NCBI GenBank assembly: GCA_050950825.1
Contig: JBMNIH010000008.1
Coordinates: 64,001-128,000, forward strand
Length of the DNA: 64,000 bases
Direction of reading: 5' to 3'
DNA from: Clostridia bacterium
GTDB taxonomy: Bacteria; Bacillota; Clostridia; JAAYHZ01
Shown: one piece after another, positions 62,865-64,000 of the stretch
Numbering within the stretch: position 1 is the stretch's first letter
Layout of the letters: each line of letters begins with the position of its first letter
Translations under genes and position numbers: made by a program
Notes under the pieces: model-generated
Told to the model about the DNA's origin: nothing
The model's database searches: none
Seen by the model: the letters and a program-made list of their open reading frames with translations, nothing else

Positions 62865-64000
62865 AGATTTCATCCCTTCCTACCAATTCTCTGTATATGA
62901 TGTTAAACTTCCCGTCTTTATATACCGAATTCACGTATTTCAACCAATTTTGGTCGTCTTGATTCGGATAATCGGCGTTGTTCAGATAGCAGTACCATCG
63001 CGATTCTTTTCGAGCCAGTATATGCGCAATCAAGGCCCTGCATACCAACAAAGCGGTCTTTCACCTCGTGAATAAACAACAAATCGTGCATCGTGGAGGC
63101 TTTTAACGTTTCCACCAACTCCGACAACCTTACGATTTCTTTTTCCCGCCTCCAACAGCTTATTTTGGTAGATAATATAGTTTTCGGATATCCCTCCCGC
63201 CTTTTTGTCCATGACATCCTGCATCATCAATTCCAAATCTTCAATGGTCAAATCGGTTTCGGGATTATCGAAGTACCGTTCCAATCCTTCTTTCGTTTTG
63301 ATTATCTCATCCATATCCGGTTCCGGATCGGGTACGCCTCTTGATATATTCCAAAGCGGATACGGAAGCTATTAATCCTTCCGCAAAACAACCCGGTACG
63401 TATTTTTTCGGGCTTCCTCCCACCACGTCTCCTGCGGCATACAGCCCTTTTAGCGTGGTTCCGCGGCCGGTATCTACCCAATAGCCGCTTGCGGCGTGGC
63501 CGCCGACGATATACGGTTCCGTTCCTTCGATTTCCCACGTTTTCCTTCGACGGACCGGTATCGTTTTCCAACCATTTCAACGGCTGGGCTATGGACATGT
63601 TAAAATATGCTTTAAACAAGTCCTGCTCTTGATCCTCGGAAATACCCTTCGTTTCCAAATAGCACGGTCCTTTGCCTTTTAAATTTTCCTGAATGGTGGC
63701 AAACAATCTTCCCGGAGTGGAGCTTTTGTATTTTTCAGCGTATTCTTCCCCCGTCTTATTTACCTGCCTTACATTCAACCCCTCCGGCGATGGTGCCGGT
63801 AGGAGAAATGGTGTCCTTGCATCGAAGTGCAATAAAGCGCATTTCGAAGGTCGTCATTTCGGCACCGGCTCGAATCCCCATGGCATATCCGGCTCCGGTA
63901 TTAAAGGGGCAGTACCAGATCTTATGTCTTGAAAAGCTCCAATGCTTCGGCAGGTACAATCCCGCTGCGCCGCCGGTAGCGCATATGACGGCTTTCGCAT
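62839..64000 (-). pseudogene. Adenylylsulfate reductase alpha-like flavoprotein, multiply frameshifted, partial at the window edge
   Basis: WYCPFNTGAGYAMGIRAGAEMTTFEMRFIALRCKDTI.PTGT, GGH..SGYW, ARKESRW pieces in different frames. Confidence 0.75.

Overview
A Bacillota (Clostridia-like) chromosomal segment, almost entirely minus-strand. 1-47.6 kb is mostly housekeeping: prfB with its programmed +1 frameshift, secG, tldD/tldE, yhaM, cdaA-cdaR-(flavoprotein)-glmM, tRNA-Leu, ecfA1A2T, a lysine-riboswitch-controlled asd-dapA-dapB operon, lon, rpsL-rpsG-fusA-tuf and rpoBC. 47.7-54.5 kb is a seven-gene flavin-based extracellular electron transfer locus (eetA, eetB, dmkA, ndh2, dmkB, pplA-like, fmnB/apbE). 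54.6-59.8 kb is a nested mobile region. Its outer element is an unusual IS30-family element of about 2.08 kb with a Cys-rich transposase, 13-19 bp flanking direct repeats, six copies of a 19-bp end motif and a structured non-coding 5' arm; an IS256 and an IS4-like element have inserted into it. After tRNA-Gly and tRNA-Arg lies a decayed att-bounded islet with an AbiEi/AbiEii toxin-antitoxin pair, then frameshifted aprA/aprB-like genes. The best novelty candidates are the IS30-like element with its putative RNA, a switch-like RNA upstream of the ECF operon, an unannotated Prli42-like miniprotein, a flavinylation motif inside Ndh2, and an EF-G His-to-Tyr change at a fusidic-acid-resistance position. 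Product calls come from motif recognition by eye; no database search was run.
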